Assembly (NCBI GenBank): GCA_963716725.1 | Contig: CAVQUB010000033.1 | Span: forward strand, 1-64,000 | Reading direction: 5' to 3' | DNA from: an uncultured delta proteobacterium | Lineage (GTDB): Bacteria > Myxococcota_A > Polyangia > Polyangiales > Polyangiaceae | Length of the DNA stretch: 64,000 nucleotides | Part shown: positions 1-9,673 of the stretch, in pieces | Layout: each line of letters opens with the position of its first letter | How positions within the stretch are numbered: position 1 is the stretch's first letter | Position numbers and translations under genes: made by a program | The notes under the pieces: model-generated | Told to the model about the DNA's origin: nothing | What the model saw: the letters and a program-made list of their open reading frames with translations, nothing else | Databases searched by the model: none

Positions 1-693
1 ATCCAGCAGATCGCCAAGGAGCGAGGTCGAACCACCACGATGGTGACTCTCGAGGACCCCATCGAAATCGAGCTGCCTTTTGCGACCCAGACCCAAATGC
101 ACCCCAAGGCCGGCATGACCTTCGCGGGCACCTTGCGCAGCGTGCTCCGCCAAGATCCCAACGTGCTGATGGTCGGAGAAATCCGCGATCGGGAGACGGC
201 GGAGATCGCCATGCAGGCGGGACTCACCGGGCACTTGATCCTGACCACGGTCCACGGCCAAAGCGCGGCGGGCGTATTCGCTCGCTTGGTGGAGATGGGC
301 ATCGAGCCCTTCATCTTGGCCAGCGCGACGGTCGGGTGTTTGTCGCAGCGCCTGGTGCGAACGCTGTGCACCGCGTGTCGCCGCCAAACTCCGCCCGACA
401 GCATCGTCGTCGAACGCTTCCGCGAGGCAGGTATCGCTTTGCCGGACGGCGTTTACTACGAACACGTCGGCTGCGACTTCTGCGAGGGCCAAGGCTTCAC
501 TGGCCGCCTGCCAATCGCGGAGATCATGCTGTTGAACGAGTCCGTGCGTCGCGCGGTCAACGCGCGCAAGCCCACGGGCGAGCTGCACCAGTTGGCGGTC
601 TCCGAGGGCATGACGCCGTTGCTGCGCGACGGCCTGACGCGCGCACAACGCGGCGAGACCTCGCTGGCGGAAGTGCTGCGGGTGGCCGGATGA
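1..693 (+). CDS. GspE/PilB-family secretion/pilus ATPase, C-terminal part (5' end outside window)
   Basis: Motifs VTLEDPIE (Asp box), LRQDPNVLMVGEIRD (Walker B), TGHLILTTVH (His box), CxxC...CxxC zinc site and GFTGRLPIAE; frame is open from the window start. Confidence 0.93.
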   Translation: MQQIAKERGRTTTMVTLEDPIEIELPFATQTQMHPKAGMTFAGTLRSVLRQDPNVLMVGEIRDRETAEIAMQAGLTGHLILTTVHGQSAAGVFARLVEMGIEPFILASATVGCLSQRLVRTLCTACRRQTPPDSIVVERFREAGIALPDGVYYEHVGCDFCEGQGFTGRLPIAEIMLLNESVRRAVNARKPTGELHQLAVSEGMTPLLRDGLTRAQRGETSLAEVLRVAG

Positions 694-1130
694 TGCGCGC
701 TGCCGTGGCGCGCGCCAGCGGGGTCGCCCAGGTGGTGGCCGCGGGGCTGCTTGCGGTCATGGGCGTGCGCTTCGGTGTAGAAGGTGTGCTCTTCGCGGTG
801 CGCGAGCGGGCACCCACCCTGGACGACAAGGCAGCGCCGCCGCCCCGGCCGGCGCCGACGACGACCGGTTCTTCGGCCCCGGTGGCTCCAGTGCCGACGG
901 GCACGCCGGTGAAGAGTGGCTCCGCGATCCGCGTTCCGCTCGTGGTGACCGGGGGCGCCGATCGTTCCGAGCTCCGGGTGGACGGCGTCAAGGTGGGCCA
1001 GACTCCCTACGTCGGCGAGGTCACGTGCCGGGCGGGGGAGGTCGTTCGCTTGGAGCTCTTGCCGCCCAAGGGCCTTCCCAGCTCTCACGAGCGGAAGTGC
1101 TTGCCTGGCACCATCAAGGTGGAGGAGTAG
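690..1130 (+). CDS. Membrane-anchored PEGA-like domain protein
   Basis: ATG overlaps the upstream stop (ATGA); N-terminal TM, Pro/Thr linker, then ELRVDGVKVGQTPY, a PEGA-like motif. Confidence 0.65.
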   Translation: MMRAAVARASGVAQVVAAGLLAVMGVRFGVEGVLFAVRERAPTLDDKAAPPPRPAPTTTGSSAPVAPVPTGTPVKSGSAIRVPLVVTGGADRSELRVDGVKVGQTPYVGEVTCRAGEVVRLELLPPKGLPSSHERKCLPGTIKVEE

Positions 1131-2160
1131 CCGGCGCTTCGCCGCCGGACTGAGCGGCGCCCGCGCCGGAAGCTCGCGCAGCGAAACGCGCCGCCGCCTC
1201 GCCAACCAGCGCGATCGCCTCGAGGCCATCTGCGGCGTCGATCAGGAGGTGCCTCGCTTCGTTCGGCACCAGCCCGACGGCGTGCACGCCGTACAGTCGC
1301 TCGCTGGGGACCACGACACGACGCCATCGAATCCCGAGAGCGCGCCGCTCGACCACCAGCTCGCGGGGCCCGAGCGTGGCGCTCACCCGGTCAGTGAGCA
1401 TGAACAGCCCGACGCCGAGGATGAACCCGAAGAGCGACGCAGAGAGCGCGTAGCTCAGCAGCGCGGTGGGTTCTCCGCGGCCGATCCGCGCGCCGTGCAT
1501 CAGCGCCAAGGCGGTGCCCACTACGACCGCTCCGCCGATGACGCAGATGGCAGTTCCGAGCTCGCCCTCGAGGGGGCGCCCTCGCTCCGAGACCGCGGCG
1601 TCGGTGGGCTCCGATTTGCGGTGGCGGCGCGCTCGCCACGGCTCGGAACCCGCACGAAGGCCCCAACCCGGCGTGACCGGCAGCGGGAGGTAGGCGAGGG
1701 CGCGGCGCAGCTCACGGATCACGACGCTGGGATCCGGACTCTCGATCAGCACCACCCGATCGCCTCCCTCGATCAACAACTCGGCACGGTAGCGGGCGAA
1801 GGCCGCAGCCTCGAGGGTCGACCCCCCGGAGCTGAGCACCCAAGTGCGCGCGGCGGCCAAGGGCAGACTGCGAGCGCCGTCGTCGATGACGCCTGCGTCG
1901 AGCGTGATCCGGACGTAGCGGTCGCGGGGGCGAGCGCGGGCGCCCAGCACGAGCGCCGTCGCTGCCAGCAGTGCGGCGAAAGCCGCCCGCGCGCCGGTCA
2001 CGGGACCGGGGGCCAGGACCGGCGTGAGGGCGAAGGCGCCGATCACCGCTGCCGCCAGGAGCGACGCGCTCCAAGCTCCGCGCCTGCGGAATTCGAGACG
2101 GGCCGGGGTCGCGGTGTGCAAGAGCATCCGGCCCGGCTTTGTAGCGCGTGAACGCTGCAC
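1114..2160 (-). CDS. Hypothetical membrane protein (two TM-pair + soluble modules)
   Basis: 348-aa ORF with two pairs of hydrophobic helices, each followed by a beta-rich segment; true start may be ATG 2127. Confidence 0.6.
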   Translation of the reverse strand: MQRSRATKPGRMLLHTATPARLEFRRRGAWSASLLAAAVIGAFALTPVLAPGPVTGARAAFAALLAATALVLGARARPRDRYVRITLDAGVIDDGARSLPLAAARTWVLSSGGSTLEAAAFARYRAELLIEGGDRVVLIESPDPSVVIRELRRALAYLPLPVTPGWGLRAGSEPWRARRHRKSEPTDAAVSERGRPLEGELGTAICVIGGAVVVGTALALMHGARIGRGEPTALLSYALSASLFGFILGVGLFMLTDRVSATLGPRELVVERRALGIRWRRVVVPSERLYGVHAVGLVPNEARHLLIDAADGLEAIALVGEAAARFAARASGAGAAQSGGEAPATPPP

Positions 2161-2378
2161 GCCAACAAAAAGATTAGCGGCAGCCAGGGCGGAGGGGGGG
2201 GAACGCCACAGGCTGCCGCTGTCTGCTACTAGAGCAAGTCTCGCGCCAGTATTCTGGAACTGAATTTCAATGACTTGTCGGTCGCCGGCAGTGCAACTCT
2301 GAAAGACGGCGATTCGTGATTGAAAGAATGACGGGTTTTTGGCCGCGCGTCCAGGGTTTGCGCCATTTCACCAGGGAC

Positions 2379-4016
2379 ATGACGGGTCGATGCTCCCTCT
2401 TTCTGGTCGTGGCAGCCGCGAGCGCCTGCTCGCGCGGGGAAACGCCGACGCTGGCCAGCGCCCAAGCAGCGACCAGCGCCCAGACCCCAGAAATCAGCGT
2501 ATCGGCGGCGCCCGGACCCGCGCCCAAGGCGCGCCCACGGGTTGTCGAAGCCGTCACGCTGGCCGGGGAGAGCGCGCCGGTGCCGGCGGTCTTGGCTGCG
2601 GCGGGCAAGCCTCGGGTGCACGCCCGGGCGCTGCGCGCATGGATTTACGAGCGACCCTCCTTCCGCTCCGCGCGGCTCGGGTACCTGCGAGTCGGATCGT
2701 CTAGCCCCAGTGACGGTCGCGCGGCGGGCTTTGAAGGCTGCAAGGGCGGGTGGCACCCCGTTGAGCCCGACGGCTTCGTGTGCGTGGGCAAGCGCGCGAC
2801 CCTCGACGGAGACGATCCCGTGGTGGCCGCCACCCGCGAGCACCCACCCGATCCGACCCAGAAGCTCCCGTACATTTACGGGACGGTGCGCAAGCCGGGT
2901 CCCATCTATGGGCATCTGCCCAGCGACGAGGAGGTCGAGCAGGCCGAGCCCAAGCACGCTTCGCGGATGCAAGAGTGGCTCGACGCCGAAGGTGAGACGG
3001 GCGCCGCGTATGCCCAGGACGTCTGGCTGGGCGGCAGGGGCGAGCTGGTGCCAGCGGCGCAGGCGTGGTCCGAGAAGCTCAGCGACCCACTGCCGGCGTT
3101 CTTGCGCGACGGCGCGCAAATCCCCGGCATGCAGACCGACGACGACGAGGCCTCGGAGGTCAAGAGCACGGGCAGCACGCTGGTCACCGAGCGCATGCGT
3201 TCCCGCGTGGGCTACTCGTTCTTGCAGACCTTCCTGCACCGCGGCCGGCGCTACGGGGTGACCACGGATCTGAAGGTGATGCCGACCGATCGCCTGCGAC
3301 CGATCCGCGGCTCGGACTTCAAGGGCTTCGAGATCCCGAAGCAGATCGATTTTCCCTTTGCCATTGTGCGGCGGCCCGACGCCAAGCTGTGGCTCTGGCA
3401 GAAATCCGGGAACAAGCTGATCGACGCCGGGAGCGCGCCCTACCGCGGCTCACTGAAGCTCACGGGCAAGCAGCAGTTCTTCAAGCAGCGCCTCCACTAC
3501 GAGACGACTGAAGGCAAGTGGATCAGCGACAAGGACGCGTCGCGCCTCGATGCGGCCAAGCGCATGCCTGCCTGGGGCAAGAACGGTGAGAAGTGGATGG
3601 ACGTCAACCTGACGAAACAAACCGTCGTGCTCTACGAGGGTGAGCGCGCGGTCTACGCGACGCTGATCTCGAGCGGCGAGGCTGGGCTCGAAGATCCGAA
3701 ACACACCACCGCGACCAAACGCGGAATCTTTCGCATTCACACCAAGCACGTGACGGCGACCATGTCGTCCGACGAAGTGGGGGAGGAGTTCGAGCTCCGC
3801 GACGTGCCCTACGTGCAGTACTTCGACAAAGAAGGTTACGCGCTGCACGGCGCCTACTGGCACGACCGCTTCGGCGTGCCCAAGAGCCACGGTTGCATCA
3901 ATCTCGCGCCGGAGGACGCCCGGCGCATCTTCCACTGGACCGAGCCCCAGGTTCCGGTGGGCTGGCACGGGGTGCTCTTGCCGCTGAAGGGCACGATCAT
4001 GTTCGTGCACCCCTGA
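2379..4016 (+). CDS. L,D-transpeptidase (YkuD family) lipoprotein
   Basis: C-terminal YALHGAYWH...SHGCINL catalytic motif; signal peptide with lipobox-like ASAC. Confidence 0.9.
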   Translation: MTGRCSLFLVVAAASACSRGETPTLASAQAATSAQTPEISVSAAPGPAPKARPRVVEAVTLAGESAPVPAVLAAAGKPRVHARALRAWIYERPSFRSARLGYLRVGSSSPSDGRAAGFEGCKGGWHPVEPDGFVCVGKRATLDGDDPVVAATREHPPDPTQKLPYIYGTVRKPGPIYGHLPSDEEVEQAEPKHASRMQEWLDAEGETGAAYAQDVWLGGRGELVPAAQAWSEKLSDPLPAFLRDGAQIPGMQTDDDEASEVKSTGSTLVTERMRSRVGYSFLQTFLHRGRRYGVTTDLKVMPTDRLRPIRGSDFKGFEIPKQIDFPFAIVRRPDAKLWLWQKSGNKLIDAGSAPYRGSLKLTGKQQFFKQRLHYETTEGKWISDKDASRLDAAKRMPAWGKNGEKWMDVNLTKQTVVLYEGERAVYATLISSGEAGLEDPKHTTATKRGIFRIHTKHVTATMSSDEVGEEFELRDVPYVQYFDKEGYALHGAYWHDRFGVPKSHGCINLAPEDARRIFHWTEPQVPVGWHGVLLPLKGTIMFVHP

Positions 4017-4121
4017 CAGACCGAGAAGAACTCGGGAGCCGCGGCAGCGCGGTGGTGGGCCCAGCCCCGGTCTGCTCCTTTGTCTTCGCGACCCAGTCTG
4101 GGGAGTCGAGCGCATCGCAGC

Positions 4122-4152
4122 GGCGTCGGTGGGCGTCGGTGGGCGTCGGTGG
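4122..4152. repeat. 10-bp tandem repeat (ggcgtcggtg)x3
   Basis: Seen directly in sequence. Confidence 0.8.
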
Positions 4153-4363
4153 AAGGGAGGTGCACGGCCCTGCCAGCCTCACCGTCCGTCCCGCAGGCGT
4201 GGGCGACCATTGTTCCACGGCATGCGCCCGCGCGTGCGGCGCCATGCGTCTGCTATCTTGAGTCTAAATCGCCGTTCCATCACCGGCGACAAGCGATGAT
4301 GGGCACATCGGTTTTGTAGCGGCGCCCGACGTCGGAGGGCGTCATCGGCCTCGGCCAGCGCGG

Positions 4364-4410
4364 CCGCGGCTGCGGCTGCGGCTGCGGCCCTCGGCTTTCG
4401 GCTTTCGGCC
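4364..4410. repeat. Microsatellite-like tract of (gcggct)n and (cggcttt)2
   Basis: Seen directly, just upstream of the four-helix-bundle remnant. Confidence 0.7.
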
Positions 4411-4415
4411 GCGGG

Positions 4416-5780
4416 TCACGTCCTCTTGCCGCACTCCGGCGCGGCTCCACCTCGACCGCGCAAAGGCCGCGCCAGCTCCGTCACTTCACGACTGTGCGGC
4501 TCTTCGCTGTCACGGCCTTTGCGCGAGGGGTCGGCGAAGCCGCGCCGGAGCGCGGACGCATGAAACAACCTCCTCGAACCGAAGCCGGGGAGGCCGCTGC
4601 GGCCCTCGAGGCCGTCGTCGCCCTCGGCCTCGGGCCACGCGGCGAAGCACAGGCCGTCATGGTCTTGCTCAGTCGGCTCTGCGCCATGCTCACCGGCCTG
4701 TGCAAGAAGGCCGGGGGTTGAGCCCAGCGCGGGCGGGCCGCCGGACCTCGGCGCCGCGGTCCGTTTGCTCGCGGGCCACGGCGAAGCGCCGTCGAGCCAG
4801 CGCGCGACCGCCTCGCACAAGCTGTGCAGGCTTCGGTGTCGATGATTGCGCGTCACGTTCGCGTGCAGGTCCTGCCAAAGCCGTTCGATGCGGTTGTGGT
4901 CTGGGCAATAGGGCGGCAGGAAATGCAAACGAATCCTCGACAACCGACCCAGGGCTGCGCGCGTCGGCCGCGCTTTGTGGATGACGTAGTTGTCGCAGAT
5001 GACATGGATGACCTTGGCCTCGCGGTAGTGTTTGTCCAAGCGCTCCAGCATCTTCACGAAGAGCTCGCTGTTCTTCTTCTCAGCTCCCACCCACAGCACC
5101 GTCCCGTCGCGAGCGTCGAGTGTTCCTGCAAGGTAGCCCTTTGCGTTCTTGCCGGGCGTGAGCACCTCCTTCTGCACACCTCGTGGCATCCAGTCCAACC
5201 CGATCTTCGGGTTGAGGTGCACTTCGGCTTCATCCTCGTAGACCGCCACCTCGTCCCCGGGCAGCTCCACCACCAAGTTCCGAATCTCGGCCAACCGCCG
5301 CCGCTTCTGTCTCGACGACAGCGGGCATGCCACGGTCGGCTTCGGTCGGCCGCGACGCGCGCCTATCCGAGACAGGATGCGAGTCATCGTCGTCACGCTC
5401 ACCCGCACCGCCGTCTGCTCCTCGGTCACCCGCAAGAGCAACTCTCGCGTCCACGTCGGCCGTGGGTAGCCGAAGTCCTCGGGAGACCTCGCCACCAGGC
5501 TATTCACGGTCTGGTCCCCACGGGCGTCGGCCTTGCGCCGACCCGCAAAACGGCGCCCGTCGATCAGCGCCTCTCGGCCCCTGAAGCTGCCGAATCGCGC
5601 CACCGTGCGGTACACATGCGAGCGATCGCATCCCACCACCTCCGCCACCTGGTCGGCGCTCAGCCCCGCTGCCGCGCGCGCCAGTATCTGCGCGCGCGCG
5701 CCAGCGATCGGATCCCCGCAGCTCCGAGCCCAACGCAAAAGTCCCCGTCGCACCCGACGGCGCATGTGCGGTATCTTCAT
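4416..5780 (-). mobile_element. IS630-family transposase (ORF reads about 100 aa past the usual end)
   Basis: N-terminal HTH (LSADQVAEVVGCDRSHVYR), WTRELL winged helix, DDE motifs YEDEAEV / ICDNYVIH / LPPYCPDHNRIERLW. Confidence 0.92.
4451..4721 (+). pseudogene. Degraded four-helix-bundle protein (23S rRNA IVP/bAvd-like) remnant
   Basis: Fragments LDRA..., EGSAKPRRSAD* and, in another frame, AGEAAAALEAVVALGL...VLLSRLCAMLTGLCK resemble the family pattern LxRA...AEGxG...SAxExAAALD...LLxRxxAML; frameshifts and a stop present. Confidence 0.5.
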
Positions 5781-5923
5781 CCCGCGCCTCAACCCCGCTC
5801 AGCGTTCTGCGCCGCGGGCTTGTCGAACACATCGCGGGCGCCGTCTCGACCGAGATCCAGCCGAACGGTCGCGTTTGCCACAGCTGTCGCGACAAGAGTC
5901 GCGTAGCTCAGTTCGCGGACGCT

Positions 5924-6085
5924 TTGGAAAGCCAACGCGGCGAGCTGTCGGTGCTCGAACGCGACATCTCCGCCAAGGCCGCGCGGCACTCCGCAATCGC
6001 GGAGCACATCGGCGACATGTTCGAGCAACGCCTGAAATTGGGGCAACGCCTCGCCGACCGGGTGGCGTCCGTCGGCGGCTCGTGG
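5924..6085 (+). pseudogene. DUF1003-family membrane protein fragment
   Basis: LESQRGELSVLERDI...FEQRLKLGQRLADRVASVGGSW matches the segment before the DUF1003 TM helices; similarity ends abruptly after GGSW and the 5' part is replaced by the IS630 region. Confidence 0.6.
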
Positions 6086-6358
6086 CCGCGGAAAGGAGTC
6101 GAACGCCAACCAGCGCATGAGCTTTTTCAGACGCGGATGACCGCCGGGACGCGACAACACCTCGGTGCCGCCGCGCTGCCGGTTGCGCTCGCTCTCATCC
6201 GCGAGGCGCTCGCGCCGTGAAGCGCGCGTCGCACTTGCACGCGTCAGGACGGAGCGGCTGGCGCTTCCGGCGCGGCCATTAGGGGAGTGTTCGGGGACGC
6301 ACGTGCGTTTTGGTCACCAGTAGCGGCGGCGATGTGTAGGATTGGGGACTGAGGGAAG

Positions 6359-7741
6359 ATGCGTAGGCTCAGCATTGTCGCGGCCGGGCTGTTGAGCCTG
6401 TTCTGCTCGAAGAAGGATGCTCAAAACCGAGCCGAGCCGGAGCCCATCACGGCTGGTTCAGCCCGCTCGGCTGCGCAGTCACCAAAGCAGGAAGCGCCGA
6501 AGGTGGTGCGTTTCGCGCTCGAAAAGAAGTTCACCACGGCAGCGGAGATCTTCCCGGTCGGAGCGGCTGCCGTCGTGTGCGAAGCGCCTTGTGTGTTCCA
6601 GGAGGGGCCTCCGAAGCAGACGTGGTTAGTCGACGAGATCGGCGTCAATGAGGCTCCGACGCTGTGGCCGGGAAGCGTCTGGCAACGATATCTCAAAAAA
6701 CTTGAAGGTCGGCTCGAAGTCTCCTTCCAAGGTGAGTACCCGAAGCTCCGCGCCAAAGCGGTCGCCCACTACCACCCCTGGCACGTGTTGGTAGCGAAGC
6801 TCCAGAACAAACGCTGGGGCGAGGTTGACAGGGGCCCGGAGGACGACGCTGAAGCACTTTCCCGGTTGGGTCTGGCTCCTCGCCGATACGATGCCGCCCT
6901 GCTCACCGCGCCCGTGAACTACGATCCGAGCACGCGCCTCGTGTACGGCGCGGGTGGACCGACACTCTTGGTGTCCGCCAAGAAGTTGCACGTGTTCGAA
7001 AAGGAAAGCTGGGCGACCAGGGACGCGCCCTGGGGAAAAAATGCCGACGCGCGACGTCTCGAGGGCGGCGGGACGCTGGTGCTGTACGACGGCGGCGGAT
7101 ACTGGGTGAGCGAGGATCTGAAGGTACAGGACATCGAGTTTGAAGATCCGAAGGCGGCAACTTCGCTGTCGTTCCTCATGCTGGGCAAGACCGTTCGCGT
7201 CGCGTCTGCCGCCAAGAGCCTGCGATTGTATCGCCCCGTTGAGACTGCGGGTCTCCGAGCGCACACGCCCGAAGCACGAGAGAAGCTACCGCAACGACGC
7301 GAGACTGGCGCCGTACCTCCCGTGAGCGACGGCGCGGTGGCTTCGAGCGGGATGCCGGTACCGGTGCGCTTTACCAGTGCGTGCAAGACGCCCTTCGTGA
7401 TCCTCGCGACGCCAGCGGGGCTTTGGGACCAGCAGGGCGGACGCGACGGAACCACCGGCAAGGGCCTCGCCGGCCATCACGAGCTCGCGCCCAAGCTGAC
7501 CTTTGTTGCGTATCGGCGGGGCCAAACGAACTACTTTGGCGCTCAAGCCAAGGACGAAGCATCCGCGCGCGGGCTGGTTGCACTGCTGCAGAAGAACGTC
7601 CCTGCTATGAAGCCGCAGCTCGGCTGCCTAGACGCGGTGCGACACATTGGAGATCCCTACACGGCGCCCAGGGACATGCAGATCGTGTATTTGCATCTTG
7701 GCTCGGGCAGAGAAATGCCGCTTGGACCTCCGCCGGGTTGA
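6359..7741 (+). CDS. Hypothetical lipoprotein
   Basis: 460-aa ORF, signal peptide MRRLSIVAAGLLSLF-C, no recognised domain. Confidence 0.7.
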   Translation: MRRLSIVAAGLLSLFCSKKDAQNRAEPEPITAGSARSAAQSPKQEAPKVVRFALEKKFTTAAEIFPVGAAAVVCEAPCVFQEGPPKQTWLVDEIGVNEAPTLWPGSVWQRYLKKLEGRLEVSFQGEYPKLRAKAVAHYHPWHVLVAKLQNKRWGEVDRGPEDDAEALSRLGLAPRRYDAALLTAPVNYDPSTRLVYGAGGPTLLVSAKKLHVFEKESWATRDAPWGKNADARRLEGGGTLVLYDGGGYWVSEDLKVQDIEFEDPKAATSLSFLMLGKTVRVASAAKSLRLYRPVETAGLRAHTPEAREKLPQRRETGAVPPVSDGAVASSGMPVPVRFTSACKTPFVILATPAGLWDQQGGRDGTTGKGLAGHHELAPKLTFVAYRRGQTNYFGAQAKDEASARGLVALLQKNVPAMKPQLGCLDAVRHIGDPYTAPRDMQIVYLHLGSGREMPLGPPPG

Positions 7742-7795
7742 TGCGCCCAATGCGACCTGAGCCGTTCGCGCGAAAACACGGTGGCGCTGCCCGCG

Positions 7796-8022
7796 CTAAC
7801 CGTGATCGCCACCGAAGGACGCGTTGGCCGCGCTCGGCCCGACCGCCGGACGGATCCAGAGCCGCCCCGCCTCGGGTCGTCCCGAGTCGGCAGTGAACAA
7901 GAGAAGCGCGCCGACGCCAAGGGCAACTCCCCCGACCGCGAAGGTCACGGTGGAGATGTCTGCGGCGGTGCGAGAATCCTTGGCCGCTCGAGCGCCTCCC
8001 GCGCTGCACTGATCGTCCTCGG
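7796..8022 (-). pseudogene. C-terminal fragment of a myxobacterial PEGA/TPR-type membrane protein
   Basis: CSAGGARAAKDSRTAADISTVTFAVGGVALGVGALLLFT...IRPAVGP resembles the typical C-terminus of these proteins; no N-terminal part upstream. Confidence 0.45.
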
Positions 8023-8301
8023 GACGGTGACCCATCAGCGACGCCGGGATGCGGGTCGCGAAAAATCGTGCGTGGGGCTCAGTCCAGCGTTTTCTTGAAG
8101 GCCGCAGGCGTCATGGCCTCGAGCGGCAGCGCGAAAACGTCGCGGTGGGTGCGGGCCCCGCCGCCGCAGCCGCCGCCCTGCGCGAGCGCGATGCCGCCGT
8201 CGGGTGGCTGAGTTCGCTCGTGATTTGACGCCGGGCGCGTCGGGCCGGTATACGGCGCGCAATCAAGAAAACCGTGTCGCGGCTCCGCGACGCGAAGAAG
8301 G

Positions 8302-8937
8302 ATGACCATGAACTTTGCAAAGATCGTAGTGACTGTGGTTTCGGTGTTTGGACTCACTCTCGCGGCCTGCGGCGGGGACGACAGCAGCGGCGGCGGCACC
8401 GGCGGCAGCGGCGCCGGTGGCGGCGGCGGTAGCGGCGGCGGCAGCGGCGGCGGCGGCGGCTGCGGCGGCAGCGGTGGTGACGGGTGTCCGGCGTACACCG
8501 ACTGCATGCAGCAGAAGTGCGACACCGAGTACCAAGACTGCCTGGGTGCGGGCTACAAGACCGGCAACTACGCGGGCGGCAAGTGCGCGACGTACATGGG
8601 GTGCGTCAGCAAGTGCGGCTGCGACACCACCTGCACTCAGAAGTGCGCGATGGATCAGGCCTGCCAGACCTGCATGGTGACCACCCTCGGGGGCTGCGCC
8701 GGATCCAAGTGCTCGGCCGAACTCCAGGCCTGTTCGAGCAGCGGCGGCGCCGGTGGCGGTGGCGGCGCTGGCGGCGGAAGCAGCAGCGGCACCTGCGCGG
8801 ATCTCGAGGCCTGCTGCGCGAAGCTCAGCGGTTCGGACAAGACGAACTGCGACACAACCTATGCGCAGATCAAGGCGGGCGGCGACGCGGCCTGCAACAC
8901 TCTGCTCCAGAGCTACAAAGCTTCCGGCAAGTGCTGA
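8302..8937 (+). CDS. Gly-linker, Cys-rich lipoprotein
   Basis: SD-like AAGG; lipobox LAAC; Gly tracts separating helical Cys-rich modules. Confidence 0.85.
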   Translation: MTMNFAKIVVTVVSVFGLTLAACGGDDSSGGGTGGSGAGGGGGSGGGSGGGGGCGGSGGDGCPAYTDCMQQKCDTEYQDCLGAGYKTGNYAGGKCATYMGCVSKCGCDTTCTQKCAMDQACQTCMVTTLGGCAGSKCSAELQACSSSGGAGGGGGAGGGSSSGTCADLEACCAKLSGSDKTNCDTTYAQIKAGGDAACNTLLQSYKASGKC

Positions 8938-8953
8938 AGCGCGGATGAACGGC

Positions 8954-8979
8954 GGCGCGTCACCTTCGGGTGGCGCGCC
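8954..8979. terminator. Hairpin with cUUCGg tetraloop between convergent genes (probable bidirectional terminator)
   Basis: ggcgcgtcacc-ttcg-ggtggcgcgcc, 11-bp stem with one G-U pair. Confidence 0.6.
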
Positions 8980-8995
8980 ACGTTGCCTTCAGCCC

Positions 8996-9673
8996 TCAGT
9001 CGCTGCCGGCGTCGGCCGCGTCGCTGGCCGCGTCCGCGTCGGCCGCGTCACTGCTGGCGTCGTCGCTCGCGCCCGCGGCGTCCGCGGCGTCGTCCGGCGC
9101 ATCGATGCCCGCCTCCGCGTCGCTCATCGCGTCCGCCGCTGCGGCATCCGCGTCCGGGCCGGCGTCGCTCGCTCCTGTGCAGCCCCCGACGGGCTGCACG
9201 TCGACGGTGATTTCGGCGAAGAGCGGCGCCTTGGTTTCTTGGTCGATGACCGGCTCTCCGAGCCGGTTTTCGAGCTCGACGCGAAAGGTCCGGTTGCCAG
9301 CGCCAAGCGTCGCGAGCTTCGCCTCGATGGCGACTTGGGCGGCCTCGATCCGCAGGGCTTCGCCCGTTCCGCTGGGATCGACCCGCAGCACCGCCGTCCC
9401 GCATTGCCTGGAACTGCCGCAGGTTCCGGGCGGACGCAGCACGAAGTCGGAGGTGGTGATGGTGACCACCACCGTTTGCTCCGCATCGTGTCCGAGTTCG
9501 ACGCAGCCCTGCTTGGCCGGGGTCCAGACTGGTCCGCCGACGCCCTGCACGCTGACGATGGCAACGCCAGGTGGCGGTAGCGGCGCGGGCGAAGCGGTCT
9601 CGTCGTCACCACTGCAGGCCGCCACCACTAGCGCGCCTGCGAGCCCGAGCGCGGGCAATATCGCTTTGTTCAT
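8996..9673 (-). CDS. Hypothetical lipoprotein with Asp/Ala-rich tail
   Basis: Lipobox VAAC; ATG overlaps the MCP stop (ATGA). Confidence 0.8.
   Translation of the reverse strand: MNKAILPALGLAGALVVAACSGDDETASPAPLPPPGVAIVSVQGVGGPVWTPAKQGCVELGHDAEQTVVVTITTSDFVLRPPGTCGSSRQCGTAVLRVDPSGTGEALRIEAAQVAIEAKLATLGAGNRTFRVELENRLGEPVIDQETKAPLFAEITVDVQPVGGCTGASDAGPDADAAAADAMSDAEAGIDAPDDAADAAGASDDASSDAADADAASDAADAGSD

Noticed and set aside
4451..4721. Four-helix-bundle (Avd-like) remnant as part of a diversity-generating retroelement
   Set aside because: No reverse transcriptase and no TR/VR pair with adenine-specific mismatches seen
8380..8480. Gly-codon (ggc)n tracts here and in other lipoproteins as special repeats
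   Set aside because: Ordinary low-complexity linkers typical of these lipoproteins
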